This document shows, in pieces, positions 25,054 through 39,394 of a stretch of DNA of 64,000 nucleotides. How positions within the stretch are numbered: position 1 is the stretch's first letter; each line of letters starts with the position of its first letter. This stretch comes from the human T2T-CHM13v2.0 reference genome, Homo sapiens. Location: assembly GCF_009914755.1 (NCBI RefSeq), contig NC_060948.1. One strand, 5' to 3'. The notes beneath the pieces are model-generated. The model saw nothing but the letters and a program-made list of their open reading frames with translations, made no database searches and was not told where the DNA came from. A program made the translations under genes and the position numbers.

Positions 25054-28000
25054 TGGAATGGAATGGAATGGACTCAAATGGAATGGACTAGAATGGAATG
25101 GATTCGAATGGAAGGCAAAGGAATGGAATCTATTGGAATGGACTGTAATGGAATGGAATGGAAGGGATTGGAATGGACTCGAATGGAATGGACTGCAATA
25201 GAAAGGATTCGAATGGAATGAAAAAGAATTGAATGGAATAGAACAGAATGGAATCAAATCGAATGAAATGGAATGGAATAGAAAGGAATGGAATGAAATG
25301 GAATGGAAAGGATTCGAATGGAATGCAATCGAATGGAATGGAATCGAACGGAATGGAATAAAATGGAAGAAAACTGGCAAGAAATGGAATCGAAATGAAT
25401 GGAGTGTTATGGAACGGACTCAAAAGGAATTGAATGTAATAGAATGGAGTGGAGTGGACTCGAATATAATGGACTGGAATGGAATGAAATCACATGGAAT
25501 GGGAACGAATGGAATGGAATGGAAAGGAATGGAATCGAATGGAAAGGAATCGAATGGAAGGGAATGAAATTGAATCAACACGAATGGAAGGGAATAGAAT
25601 AGACTGTAATGGAATGGACTCGAATAGAATGGACACGAATGCTCAAATTAAATGGACTCGAATGGAATGGAAACGAAAGGAATGTCATCGAATGGAATTG
25701 AATCGATTGGAATGAAATCGCATAGAATGGAGTGGAATCAAATGGAATTGAATCGAAAGGAAAGGAAGCGAATGGACTGAAATGAAATGGAATGGAATTG
25801 AATGGAAAGTAATGCAATGGAATAGAATGGAACGAAATTTCACGGAATGGAATCAAACTGAATGGAATCAAATCAATGGAATCAAATCAAATGGAATGGA
25901 AAGGAATTGAATGGAGTAGATGGGATTGGATGGGATTGGAATGAAATGTACTGGAAAGGACTCGAATTTCATGAAACGGAATGGAATGAATTGGAACGGA
26001 ATGGACTCGAATGGAATGGAATGTCATGGGATGGCATCAAATGGAATGGCATCAAATGGAATGGAATCGAATGCAATGGAATGCTATAGAATGGAATGGA
26101 ATGCATTGGAATGGAATGTCCTCTAATGGAGTGGATTCGAGTGGAATGGAATTGAATATAATGGAGTCGAATGAAATGGAATTGAAAGGAATGGGATCGA
26201 ATACAATGGAATATACAGGAATGTAACGTAATGAACTCGAATGTAATTGACTGGAATGGAATGTACATGAATGGAATGTAATCGAATGGAAAGTAATCCA
26301 ATGGAATAGAATCTAATGCAATAAAATCGACTCAGATAGAGTAGAATGTAATGGAATGGAGTGCAGTGCAATGGAATGGAATGGAATGGAATGCAATGGA
26401 ATGGAATGGAATGGAATGGAATGGAATGGAATGGAATGGAATGGAATGGGATGGAATGGTATGGAATGGATAGTAATGGACTGGAGTGAAATGGACTGGA
26501 AAGGAATGGACTCAAATTGAAAGGGCTCGAAAGGAATGGAGTCAAATGGAATGGTCTGGAATGGAATGAACACGAATGTAATGCAACCCAATAGAATGGA
26601 ATCGAATGGCATGGAATATAAAGAAATGGAATCGAAGAGAATGGAAACAAATGGAATGGAATTGAATGGAATGGAATTGAATGGAATGGGAACGAATGGA
26701 GTGAAATTGTATGCAGTAGAAGAGAATAGAATGGAATGCAAGCGAAAGGAAAGGAATGGATTGGAATGGAATGGAATTCATTGGAATGGAAGGGAATGTA
26801 GTGTAATGGACAGGCCTGGAATAAAGTGGAATGCTACGGTCTCGAATGGAATAAAAATGTATGGAATGGAATGCAATGAAACGGAATCGAATGTCATAGA
26901 ATGTAATGGAATGCAAAAAAATGGAATCCAAAATCATTGACTGGAAAGGCTGGGTGTCGAAAGGAATTGACTCCAATGGAATGGAATCGAATGGAATGGA
27001 AGTGAATAGAATCGAACTAAATCGAATGGAATGGAATTGATAGGAACGGAATGGAAAGGAATGCAATGATTTGGCATGGAATGGAATCGAATGGCATCGA
27101 ATGGAATGGAATGGAATGCAATGGAATGGAATGTATTAGAATGTAATGAACTTTAATGGAATGTACTCGAATGGATTCGACTGGAATGGAATGTTCTGGA
27201 AGTGAATGGACTCCAATGGAATGGATTCAAAAGGAATGGAATCGTACGGAATGGAATCTAATGGAATGGAATTAAATGGAAATGAATCAAATTGAATAGC
27301 ACGGAATTGAATTGAATGGAATCGAATGCAATGGAATCTAATGAAACGGAAAGGAAAGGAATGGAATGGAATGGAATGGGCTGGAATGGAAAGGAATCGA
27401 AACGAATGGAATGGAATCGAACTGAAGAGACTGGAATGGAATGCACTGGAATGGAAGGGAGTGTAATGGAAGGTTCTCGAAAAAAATGGAATCGAATGGA
27501 ATGGAATTGAATGGAACGGAATAGAGTCGAATGGAATTGAATGGAATGGAATGGACTAGAGTGAAATGGAATCGAACCACAAGGAATGGACAGGAATAGA
27601 ATGGTCTCGAATTGAATGGAATCGTATGGAATGGCATCAAACGGAATGGAATGGACAGCCACGGAATGGAATGCACTCGAATGCAATGGAGTCGAAACTA
27701 ATGGACTGGAATAGAATGGACTCGACTGGTACGGACTCCAATGGAATGGAATCGAATGGAAGGGAATCGAACGGAATGGAATCGAACGGAATGGACTCGA
27801 AGGGAAAAGACTGCAATGGAAAGGTCTCGAATGGAATGGAAATTAATGGAATGGAATGGAATCGAATGAAATGGAGTCAAAAGGAATGGAATCGAATGGC
27901 AAGAAATCGAATGTAATGGAATCGCCAGGAATTGATGTGAACGGAACGGAATGGAATGGAATCCAAAGGAATGGAATAGAATGGAATGGAATCGAATGGA

Positions 28001-28642
28001 AAGGACTCGAATGGAAATCACTCGAATAGAATGCAATTTAATAAAATAGGATCAAATGTAATGGAATGGAATGGAAAGGAATCGAAACGAAAGGAATGGA
28101 GACAGATGGAATGGAATGGAACAGAGAGCAATGGTATAGAATGGAATGGAATCATCTGGAATGGAATTGAATGGAATGGAATAATATGAAATGGAATGGA
28201 ATGGAATGGAATGGAATGCCCTTGAATTAAATGGACTGGAATGGAATGGACTCAAACAGAGTGGAATGGAAAGTGTGGAGATAGAATGGAATGAACTCCT
28301 TTGGAATGGTGTAGTATGCAATGCAATCGACTGGCAGGGAATCAAAAGGAATGTAATCGAATGGATTGGACTGGAATGCAATGGACTCGAATAGATTGGA
28401 AACGGAATGCAAAGGAATGGAATGGAATAGTATGGAATGCAATGGAAGGGAATGGAGTGGAATAGACTAGAGTGGAATGGAATGGACTGGAAAGCAATGG
28501 ACTGGAATGGAACTTTCTTGGATGGACTGGAATCAAACGGAATGGAATGCAATGCAATCAAATGGCATGGAATAAAATAGAATGAAAGAGAATCAAATGG
28601 AATTGAATCGAATGGAATCGAATGGATTGGAAAGGAATAGAA
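25054..28642. repeat. DYZ1 unit 8 (3589 bp, haplotype B, two extra pentamers)
   Basis: B alleles; (GGAAT)10 run. Confidence 0.95.
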
Positions 28643-31600
28643 TGGAATGGAATGGAATGGACTCAAATGGAATGTACTAGAATGGAATGGATTCGAATGG
28701 AAGGCAAAGGAATGGAATCTATTGGAATGGACTGTAATGGAATGGAATGGAAGGGATTGGAATGGACTCGAATGGAATGGACTGCAATAGAAAGGATTCG
28801 AATGGAATGAAAAAGAATTGAATGGAATAGAACAGAATGGAATCAAATCGAATGAAATGGAATGGAATAGAAAGGAATGGAATGAAATGGAATGGAAAGG
28901 ATTCGAATGGAATGCAATCGAATGGAATGGAATCGAACGGAATGGAATAAAATGGAAGAAAACTGGCAAGAAATGGAATCGAAATGAATGGAGTGTTATG
29001 GAACGGACTCAAAAGGAATTGAATGTAATAGAATGGAGTGGAGTGGACTCGAATATAATGGACTGGAATGGAATGAAATCACATGGAATGGGAACGAATG
29101 GAATGGAATGGAAAGGAATGGAATCGAATGGAAAGGAATCGAATGGAAGGGAATGAAATTGAATCAACACGAATGGAAGGGAATAGAATAGACTGTAATG
29201 GAATGGACTCGAATAGAATGGACACGAATGCTCAAATTAAATGGACTCGAATGGAATGGAAACGAAAGGAATGTCATCGAATGGAATTGAATCGATTGGA
29301 ATGAAATCGCATAGAATGGAGTGGAATCAAATGGAATTGAATCGAAAGGAAAGGAAGCGAATGGACTGAAATGAAATGGAATGGAATTGAATGGAAAGTA
29401 ATGCAATGGAATAGAATGGAACGAAATTTCACGGAATGGAATCAAACTGAATGGAATCAAATCAATGGAATCAAATCAAATGGAATGGAAAGGAATTGAA
29501 TGGAGTAGATGGGATTGGATGGGATTGGAATGAAATGTACTGGAAAGGACTCGAATTTCATGAAACGGAATGGAATGAATTGGAACGGAATGGACTCGAA
29601 TGGAATGGAATGTCATGGGATGGCATCAAATGGAATGACATCAAATGGAATGGAATCGAATGCAATGGAATGCTATGGAATGGAATGGAATGCATTGGAA
29701 TGGAATGTCCGCTAATGGAATGGATTCGAGTGGAATGGAATTGAATATAATGGAGTCGAATGAAATGGAATTGAAAGGAATGGGATCGAATACAATGGAA
29801 TATACTGGAATGTAACGTAATGAACTCGAATGTAATTGACTGGAATGGAATGTACATGAATGGAATGTAATCGAATGGAAAGTAATCCAATGGAATAGAA
29901 TCTAATGCAATAAAATCGACTCAGATAGAGTAGAATGTAATGGAATGGAGTGCAGTGCAATGGAATGGAATGGAATGGAATGCAATGGAATGGAATGGAA
30001 TGGAATGGAATGGAATGGAATGGAATGGAATGGGATGGAATGGTATGGAATGGATAGTAATGGACTGGAGTGAAATGGACTGGAAAGGAATGGACTCAAA
30101 TTGAAAGGGCTCGAAAGGAATGGAGTCAAATGGAATGGTCTGGAATGGAATGAACACGAATGTAATGCAACCCAATAGAATGGAATCGAATGGCATGGAA
30201 TATAAAGAAATGGAATCGAAGAGAATGGAAACAAATGGAATGGAATTGAATGGAATGGAATTGAATGGAATGGGAACGAATGGAGTGAAATTGTATGCAG
30301 TAGAAGAGAATAGAATGGAATGCAAGCGAAAGGAAAGGAATGGATTGGAATGGAATGGAATTCATTGGAATGGAAGGGAATGTAGTGTAATGGACAGGCC
30401 TGGAATAAAGTGGAATGCTACGGTCTCGAATGGAATAAAAATGTATGGAATGGAATGCAATGAAACGGAATCGAATGTCATAGAATGTAATGGAATGCAA
30501 AAAAATGGAATCCAAAATCATTGACTGGAAAGGCTGGGTGTCGAAAGGAATTGACTCCAATGGAATGGAATCGAATGGAATGGAAGTGAATAGAATCGAA
30601 CTAAATCGAATGGAATGGAATTGATAGGAACGGAATGGAAAGGAATGCAATGATTTGGCATGGAATGGAATCGAATGGCATCGAATGGAATGGAATGGAA
30701 TGCAATGGAATGGAATGTATTAGAATGTAATGAACTTTAATGGAATGTACTCGAATGGATTCGACTGGAATGGAATGTTCTGGAAGTGAATGGACTCCAA
30801 TGGAATGGATTCAAAAGGAATGGAATCGTACGGAATGGAATCTAATGGAATGGAATTAAATGGAAATGAATCAAATTGAATAGCACGGAATTGAATTGAA
30901 TGGAATGGAATGCAATGGAATCTAATGAAACGGAAAGGAAAGGAATGGAATGGAATGGAATGGGCTGGAATGGAAAGAAATCGAAACGAATGGAATGGAA
31001 TCGAAGTGAAGAGACTGGAATGGAATGCACTGGAATGGAAGGGAGTGTAATGGAAGGTTCTCGAAAAAAATGGAATCGAATGGAATGGAATTGAATGGAA
31101 CGGAATAGAGTCGAATGGAATTGAATGGAATGGAATGGACTAGAGTGAAATGGAATCGAACCACAAGGAATGGACAGGAATAGAATGGTCTCGAATTGAA
31201 TGGAATCGTATGGAATGGCATCAAACGGAATGGAATGGACAGCCACGGAATGGAATGCACTCGAAAGCAATGGAGTCGAAACTAATGGACTGGAATAGAA
31301 TGGACTCGACTGGTACGGACTCCAATGGAATGGAATCGAATGGAAGGGAATCGAACGGAAGGGAATCGAACGGAATGGACTCGAAGGGAAAAGACTGCAA
31401 TGGAAAGGTCTCGAATGGAATGGAAATTAATGGAATGGAATGGAATCGAATGAAATGGAGTCAAAAGGAATGGAATCGAATGGCAAGAAATCGAATGTAA
31501 TGGAATCGCCAGGAATTGATGTGAATGGAACGGAATGGAATGGAATCCAAAGGAATGGAATAGAATGGAATGGAATCGAATGGAAAGGACTCGAATGGAA

Positions 31601-32226
31601 ATCACTCGAATAGAATGCAATTTAATAAAATAGGATCAAATGTAATGGAATGGAATGGAAAGGAATCGAAACGAAAGGAATGGAGACAGATGGAATGGAA
31701 TGGAACAGAGAGCAATGGTATAGAATGGAATGGAATCATCTGGAATGGAATTGAATGGAATGGAATAATATGAAATGGAATGGAATGGAATGGAATGGAA
31801 TGCCCTTGAATTGAATGGACTGGAATAGAATGGACTCAAACAGAGTGGAATGGAAAGTGTGGAGATAGAATGGAATGAACTCCTTTGGAATGGTGTAGTA
31901 TGCAATGCAATCGACTGGCAGGGAATCAAAAGGTATGTAATCGAAAGGATTGGACTGGAATGCAAAGGACTCGAATAGATTGGAAACGGAATGCAAAGGA
32001 ATGGAATGGAATAGTATGGAATGCAATGGAAGGGAATGGAGTGGAATAGACTAGAGTGGAATGGAATGGACTGGAAAGCAATGGACTGGAATGGAACTTT
32101 CTTGGATGGACTGGAATCAAACGGAATGGAATGCAGTGCAATCAAATGGCATGGAATAAAATAGAATGAAAGAGAATCAAATGGAATTGAATCGAATGGA
32201 ATCGAATGGATTGGAAAGGAATAGAA
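28643..32226. repeat. DYZ1 unit 9 (3584 bp, haplotype A, one extra pentamer)
   Basis: A alleles; (GGAAT)9 run. Confidence 0.95.
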
Positions 32227-35200
32227 TGGAATGGAATGGAATGGACTCAAATGGAATGGACTAGAATGGAATGGATTCGAATGGAAGGCAAAGGAATGGA
32301 ATCTATTGCAATGGACTGTAATGGAATGGAATGGAAGGGATTGGAATGGACTCGAATGGAATGGACTGCAATAGAAAGGATTCGAATGGAATGAAAAAGA
32401 ATTGAATGGAATAGAACAGAATGGAATCAAATCGAATGAAATGGAATGGAATAGAAAGGAATGGAATGAAATGGAATGGAAAGGATTCGAATGGAATGCA
32501 ATCGAATGGAATGGAATCGAACGGAATGGAATAAAATGGAAGAAAACTGGCAAGAAATGGAATCGAAATGAATGGAGTGTTATGGAACGGACTCAAAAGG
32601 AATTGAATGTAATAGAATGGAGTGGAGTGGACTCGAATATAATGGACTGGAATGGAATGAAATCACATGGAATGGGAACGAATGGAATGGAATGGAAAGG
32701 AATGGAATCGAATGGAAAGGAATCGAATGGAAGGGAATGAAATTGAATCAACAGGAATGGAAGGGAATAGAATAGACTGTAATGGAATGGACTCGAATAG
32801 AATGGACACGAATGCTCAAATTAAATGGACTCGAATGGAATGGAAACGAAAGGAATGTCATCGAATGGAATTCAATCGATTGGAATGAAATCGCATAGAA
32901 TGGAGTGGAATCAAATGGAATTGAATCGAAAGGAAAGGAAGCGAATGGACTGAAATGAAATGGAATGGAATTGAATGGAAAGTAATGCAATGGAATAGAA
33001 TGGAACGAAATTTCACGGAATGGAATCAAACTGAATGGAATCAAATCAATGGAATCAAATCAAATGGAATGGAAAGGAATTGAATGGAGTAGATGGGATT
33101 GGATGGGATTGGAATGAAATGTACTGGAAAGGACTCGAATTTCATGAAACGGAATGGAATGAATTGGAACGGAATGGACTCGAATGGAATGGAATGTCAT
33201 GGGATGGCATCAAATGGAATGGCATCAAATGGAATGGAATCGAATGCAATGGAATGCTATAGAATGGAATGGAATGCATTGGAATGGAATGTCCTCTAAT
33301 GGAGTGGATTCGAGTGGAATGGAATTGAATATAATGGAGTCGAATGAAATGGAATTGAAAGGAATGGGATCGAATACAATGGAATATACAGGAATGTAAC
33401 GTAATGAACTCGAATGTAATTGACTGGAATGGAATGTACATGAATGGAATGTAATCGAATGGAAAGTAATCCAATGGAATAGAATCTAATGCAATAAAAT
33501 CGACTCAGATAGAGTAGAATGTAATGGAATGGAGTGCAGTGCAATGGAATGGAATGGAATGGAATGCAATGGAATGGAATGGAATGGAATGGAATGGAAT
33601 GGAATGGAATGGGATGGAATGGTATGGAATGGATAGTAATGGACTGGAGTGAAATGGACTGGAAAGGAATGGACTCAAATTGAAAGGGCTCGAAAGGAAT
33701 GGAGTCAAATGGAATGGTCTGGAATGGAATGAACACGAATGTAATGCAACCCAATAGAATGGAATCGAATGGCATGGAATATAAAGAAATGGAATCGAAG
33801 AGAATGGAAACAAATGGAATGGAATTGAATGGAATGGAATTGAATGGAATGGGAACGAATGGAGTGAAATTGTATGCAGTAGAAGAGAATAGAATGGAAT
33901 GCAAGCGAAAGGAAAGGAATGGATTGGAATGGAATGGAATTCATTGGAATGGAAGGGAATGTAGTGTAATGGACAGGCCTGGAATAAAGTGGAATGCTAC
34001 GGTCTCGAATGGAATAAAAATGTATGGAATGGAATGCAATGAAACGGAATCGAATGTCATAGAATGTAATGGAATGCAAAAAAATGGAATCCAAAATCAT
34101 TGACTGGAAAGGCTGGGTGTCGAAAGGAATTGACTCCAATGGAATGGAATCGAATGGAATGGAAGTGAATAGAATCGAACTAAATCGAATGGAATGGAAT
34201 TGATAGGAACGGAATGGAAAGGAATGCAATGATTTGGCATGGAATGGAATCGAATGGCATCGAATGGAATGGAATGGAATGCAATGGAATGGAATGTATT
34301 AGAATGTAATGAACTTTAATGGAATGTACTCGAATGGATTCGACTGGAATGGAATGTTCTGGAAGTGAATGGACTCCAATGGAATGGATTCAAAAGGAAT
34401 GGAATCGTACGGAATGGAATCTAATGGAATGGAATTAAATGGAAATGAATCAAATTGAATAGCACGGAATTGAATTGAATGGAATGGAATGCAATGGAAT
34501 CTAATGAAACGGAAAGGAAAGGAATGGAATGGAATGGAATGGGCTGGAATGGAAAGGAATCGAAACGAATGGAATGGAATCGAACTGAAGAGACTGGAAT
34601 GGAATGCACTGGAATGGAAGGGAGTGTAATGGAAGGTTCTCGAAAAAAATGGAATCGAATGGAATGGAATTGAATGGAACGGAATAGAGTCGAATGGAAT
34701 TGAATGGAATGGAATGGACTAGAGTGAAATGGAATCGAACCACAAGGAATGGACAGGAATAGAATGGTCTCGAATTGAATGGAATCGTATGGAATGGCAT
34801 CAAACGGAATGGAATGGACAGCCACGGAATGGAATGCACTCGAATGCAATGGAGTCGAAACTAATGGACTGGAATAGAATGGACTCGACTGGTACGGACT
34901 CCAATGGAATGGAATCGAATGGAAGGGAATCGAACGGAATGGAATCGAACGGAATGGACTCGAAGGGAAAAGACTGCAATGGAAAGGTCTCGAATGGAAT
35001 GGAAATTAATGGAATGGAATGGAATCGAATGAAATGGAGTCAAAAGGAATGGAATCGAATGGCAAGAAATCGAATGTAATGGAATCGCCAGGAATTGATG
35101 TGAACGGAACGGAATGGAATGGAATCCAAAGGAATGGAATAGAATGGAATGGAATCGAATGGAAAGGACTCGAATGGAAATCACTCGAATAGAATGCAAT

Positions 35201-35805
35201 TTAATAAAATAGGATCAAATGTAATGGAATGGAATGGAAAGGAATCGAAACGAAAGGAATGGAGACAGATGGAATGGAATGGAACAGAGAGCAATGGTAT
35301 AGAATGGAATGGAATCATCTGGAATGGAATTGAATGGAATGGAATAATATGAAATGGAATGGAATGGAATGGAATGGAATGCCCTTGAATTAAATGGACT
35401 GGAATGGAATGGACTCAAACAGAGTGGAATGGAAAGTGTGGAGATAGAATGGAATGAACTCCTTTGGAATGGTGTAGTATGCAATGCAATCGACTGGCAG
35501 GGAATCAAAAGGAATGTAATCGAATGGATTGGACTGGAATGCAATGGACTCGAATAGATTGGAAACGGAATGCAAAGGAATGGAATGGAATAGTATGGAA
35601 TGCAATGGAAGGGAATGGAGTGGAATAGACTAGAGTGGAATGGAATGGACTGGAAAGCAATGGACTGGAATGGAACTTTCTTGGATGGACTGGAATCAAA
35701 CGGAATGGAATGCAATGCAATCAAATGGCATGGAATAAAATAGAATGAAAGAGAATCAAATGGAATTGAATCGAATGGAATCGAATGGATTGGAAAGGAA
35801 TAGAA
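32227..35805. repeat. DYZ1 unit 10 (3579 bp, haplotype B, extra EcoRI site)
   Basis: B alleles; second GAATTC at 32868-32873. Confidence 0.95.
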
Positions 35806-38800
35806 TGGAATGGAATGGAATGGACTCAAATGGAATGTACTAGAATGGAATGGATTCGAATGGAAGGCAAAGGAATGGAATCTATTGGAATGGACTGTAA
35901 TGGAATGGAATGGAAGGGATTGGAATGGACTCGAATGGAATGGACTGCAATAGAAAGGATTCGAATGGAATGAAAAAGAATTGAATGGAATAGAACAGAA
36001 TGGAATCAAATCGAATGAAATGGAATGGAATAGAAAGGAATGGAATGAAATGGAATGGAAAGGATTCGAATGGAATGCAATCGAATGGAATGGAATCGAA
36101 CGGAATGGAATAAAATGGAAGAAAACTGGCAAGAAATGGAATCGAAATGAATGGAGTGTTATGGAACGGACTCAAAAGGAATTGAATGTAATAGAATGGA
36201 GTGGAGTGGACTCGAATATAATGGACTGGAATGGAATGAAATCACATGGAATGGGAACGAATGGAATGGAATGGAAAGGAATGGAATCGAATGGAAAGGA
36301 ATCGAATGGAAGGGAATGAAATTGAATCAACACGAATGGAAGGGAATAGAATAGACTGTAATGGAATGGACTCGAATAGAATGGACACGAATGCTCAAAT
36401 TAAATGGACTCGAATGGAATGGAAACGAAAGGAATGTCACCGAATGGAATTGAATCGATTGGAATGAAATCGCATAGAATGGAGTGGAATCAAATGGAAT
36501 TGAATCGAAAGGAAAGGAAGCGAATGGACTGAAATGAAATGGAATGGAATTGAATGGAAAGTAATGCAATGGAATAGAATGGAACGAAATTTCACGGAAT
36601 GGAATGAAACTGAATGGAATCAAATCAATGGAATCAAATCAAATGGAATGGAAAGGAATTGAATGGAGTAGATGGGATTGGATGGGATTGGAATGAAATG
36701 TACTGGAAAGGACTCGAATTTCATGAAACGGAATGGAATGAATTGGAACGGAATGGACTCAAATGGAATGGAATGTCATGGGATGGCATCAAATGGAATG
36801 ACATCAAATGGAATGGAATCGAATGCAATGGAATGCTATGGAATGGAATGGAATGCATTGGAATGGAATGTCCGCTAATGGAATGGATTCGAGTGGAATG
36901 GAATCGAATATAATGGAGTCGAATGAAATGGAATTGAAAGGAATGGGATCGAATACAATGGAATATACTGGAATGTAACGTAATGAACTCGAATGTAATT
37001 GACTGGAATGGAATGTACATGAATGGAATGTAATCGAATGGAAAGTAATCCAATGGAATAGAATCTAATGCAATAAAATCGACTCAGATAGAGTAGAATG
37101 TAATGGAATGGAGTGCAGTGCAATGGAATGGAATGGAATGGAATGCAATGGAATGGAATGGAATGGAATGGAATGGAATGGAATGGAATGGAATGGAATG
37201 GGATGGAATGGTATGGAATGGATAGTAATGCACTGGAGTGAAATGGACTGGAAAGGAATGGACTCAAATTGAAAGCGCTCGAAAGGAATGGAGTCAAATG
37301 GAATGGTCTGGAATGGAATGAACACGAATGTAATGCAACCCAATAGAATGGAATCGAATGGCATGGAATATAAAGAAATGGAATCGAAGAGAATGGAAAC
37401 AAATGGAATGGAATTGAATGGAATGGAATTGAATGGAATGGGAACGAATGGAGTGAAATTGTATGCAGTAGAAGAGAATAGAATGGAATGCAAGCGAAAG
37501 GAAAGGAATGGATTGGAATGGAATGGAATTCATTGGAATGGAAGGGAATGTAGTGTAATGGACAGGCCTGGAATAAAGTGGAATGCTACGGTCTCGAATG
37601 GAATAAAAATGTATGGAATGGAATGCAATGAAACGGAATCGAATGTCATAGAATGTAATGGAATGCAAAAAAATGGAATCCAAAATCATTGACTGGAAAG
37701 GCTGGGTGTCGAAAGGAATTGACTCCAATGGAATGGAATCGAATGGAATGGAAGTGAATAGAATCGAACTAAATCGAATGGAATGGAATTGATAGGAACG
37801 GAATGGAAAGGAATGCAATGATTTGGCATGGAATGGAATCGAATGGCATCGAATGGAATGGAATGGAATGCAATGGAATGGAATGTATTAGAATGGAATG
37901 AACTTTAATGGAATGTACTCGAATGGATTCGACTGGAATGGAATGTTCTGGAAGTGAATGGACTCCAATGGAATGGATTCAAAAGGAATGGAATCGTACG
38001 GAATGGAATCTAATGGAATGGAATTAAATGGAAATGAATCAAATTGAATAGCACGGAATTGAATTGAATGGAATGGAATGCAATGGAATCTAATGAAACG
38101 GAAAGGAAAGGAATGGAATGGAATGGAATGGGCTGGAATGGAAAGGAATCGAAACGAATGGAATGGAATCAAAGTGAAGAGACTGGAATGGAATGCACTG
38201 GAATGGAAGGGAGTGTAATGGAAGGTTCTCGAAAAAAATGGAATCGAATGGAATGGAATTGAATGGAACGGAATAGAGTCGAATGGAATTGAATGGAATG
38301 GAATGGACTAGAGTGAAATGGAATCGAACCACAAGGAATGGACAGGAATAGAATGGTCTCGAATTGAATGGAATCGTATGGAATGGCATCAAACGGAATG
38401 GAATGGACAGCCACGGAATGGAATGCACTCGAATGCAATGGAGTCGAAACTAATGGACTGGAATAGAATGGACTCGACTGGTACGGACTCCAATGGAATG
38501 GAATCGAATGGAAGGGAATCGAACGGAATGGAATCGAACGGAATGGACTCGAAGGGAAAAGACTGCAATGGAAAGGTCTCGAATGGAATGGAAATTAATG
38601 GAATGGAATGGAATCGAATGAAATGGAGTCAAAAGGAATGGAATCGAATGGCAAGAAATCGAATGTAATGGAATCGCCAGGAATTGATGTGAACGGAACG
38701 GAATGGAATGGAATCCAAAGGAATGGAATAGAATGGAATGGAATCGAATGGAAAGGACTCGAATGGAAATCACTCGAATAGAATGCAATTTAATAAAATA

Positions 38801-39394
38801 GGATCAAATGTAATGGAATGGAATGGAAAGGAATCGAAACGAAAGGAATGGAGACAGATGGAATGGAATGGAACAGAGAGCAATGGTATAGAATGGAATG
38901 GAATCATCTGGAATGGAATTGAATGGAATGGAATAATATGAAATGGAATGGAATGGAATGGAATGGAATGCCCTTGAATTAAATGGACTGGAATGGAATG
39001 GACTCAAACAGAGTGGAATGGAAAGTGTGGAGATAGAATGGAATGAACTCCTTTGGAATGGTGTAGTATGCAATGCAATCGACTGGCAGGGAATCAAAAG
39101 GAATGTAATCGAATGGATTGGACTGGAATGCAATGGACTCGAATAGATTGGAAACGGAATGCAAAGGAATGGAATGGAATAGTATGGAATGCAATGGAAG
39201 GGAATGGAGTGGAATAGACTAGAGTGGAATGGAATGGACTGGAAAGCAATGGACTGGAATGGAACTTTCTTGGATGGACTGGAATCAAACGGAATGGAAT
39301 GCAGTGCAATCAAATGGCATGGAATAAAATAGAATGAAAGAGAATCAAATGGAATTGAATCGAATGGAATCGAATGGATTGGAAAGGAATAGAA
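35806..39394. repeat. DYZ1 unit 11 (3589 bp, recombinant type C: A-like left half, B-like right half)
   Basis: gacatc/tccgct in the left half, ctcgaatgc/gtgaacgg/ttaaat in the right half; (GGAAT)10 run; several private substitutions. Confidence 0.93.
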
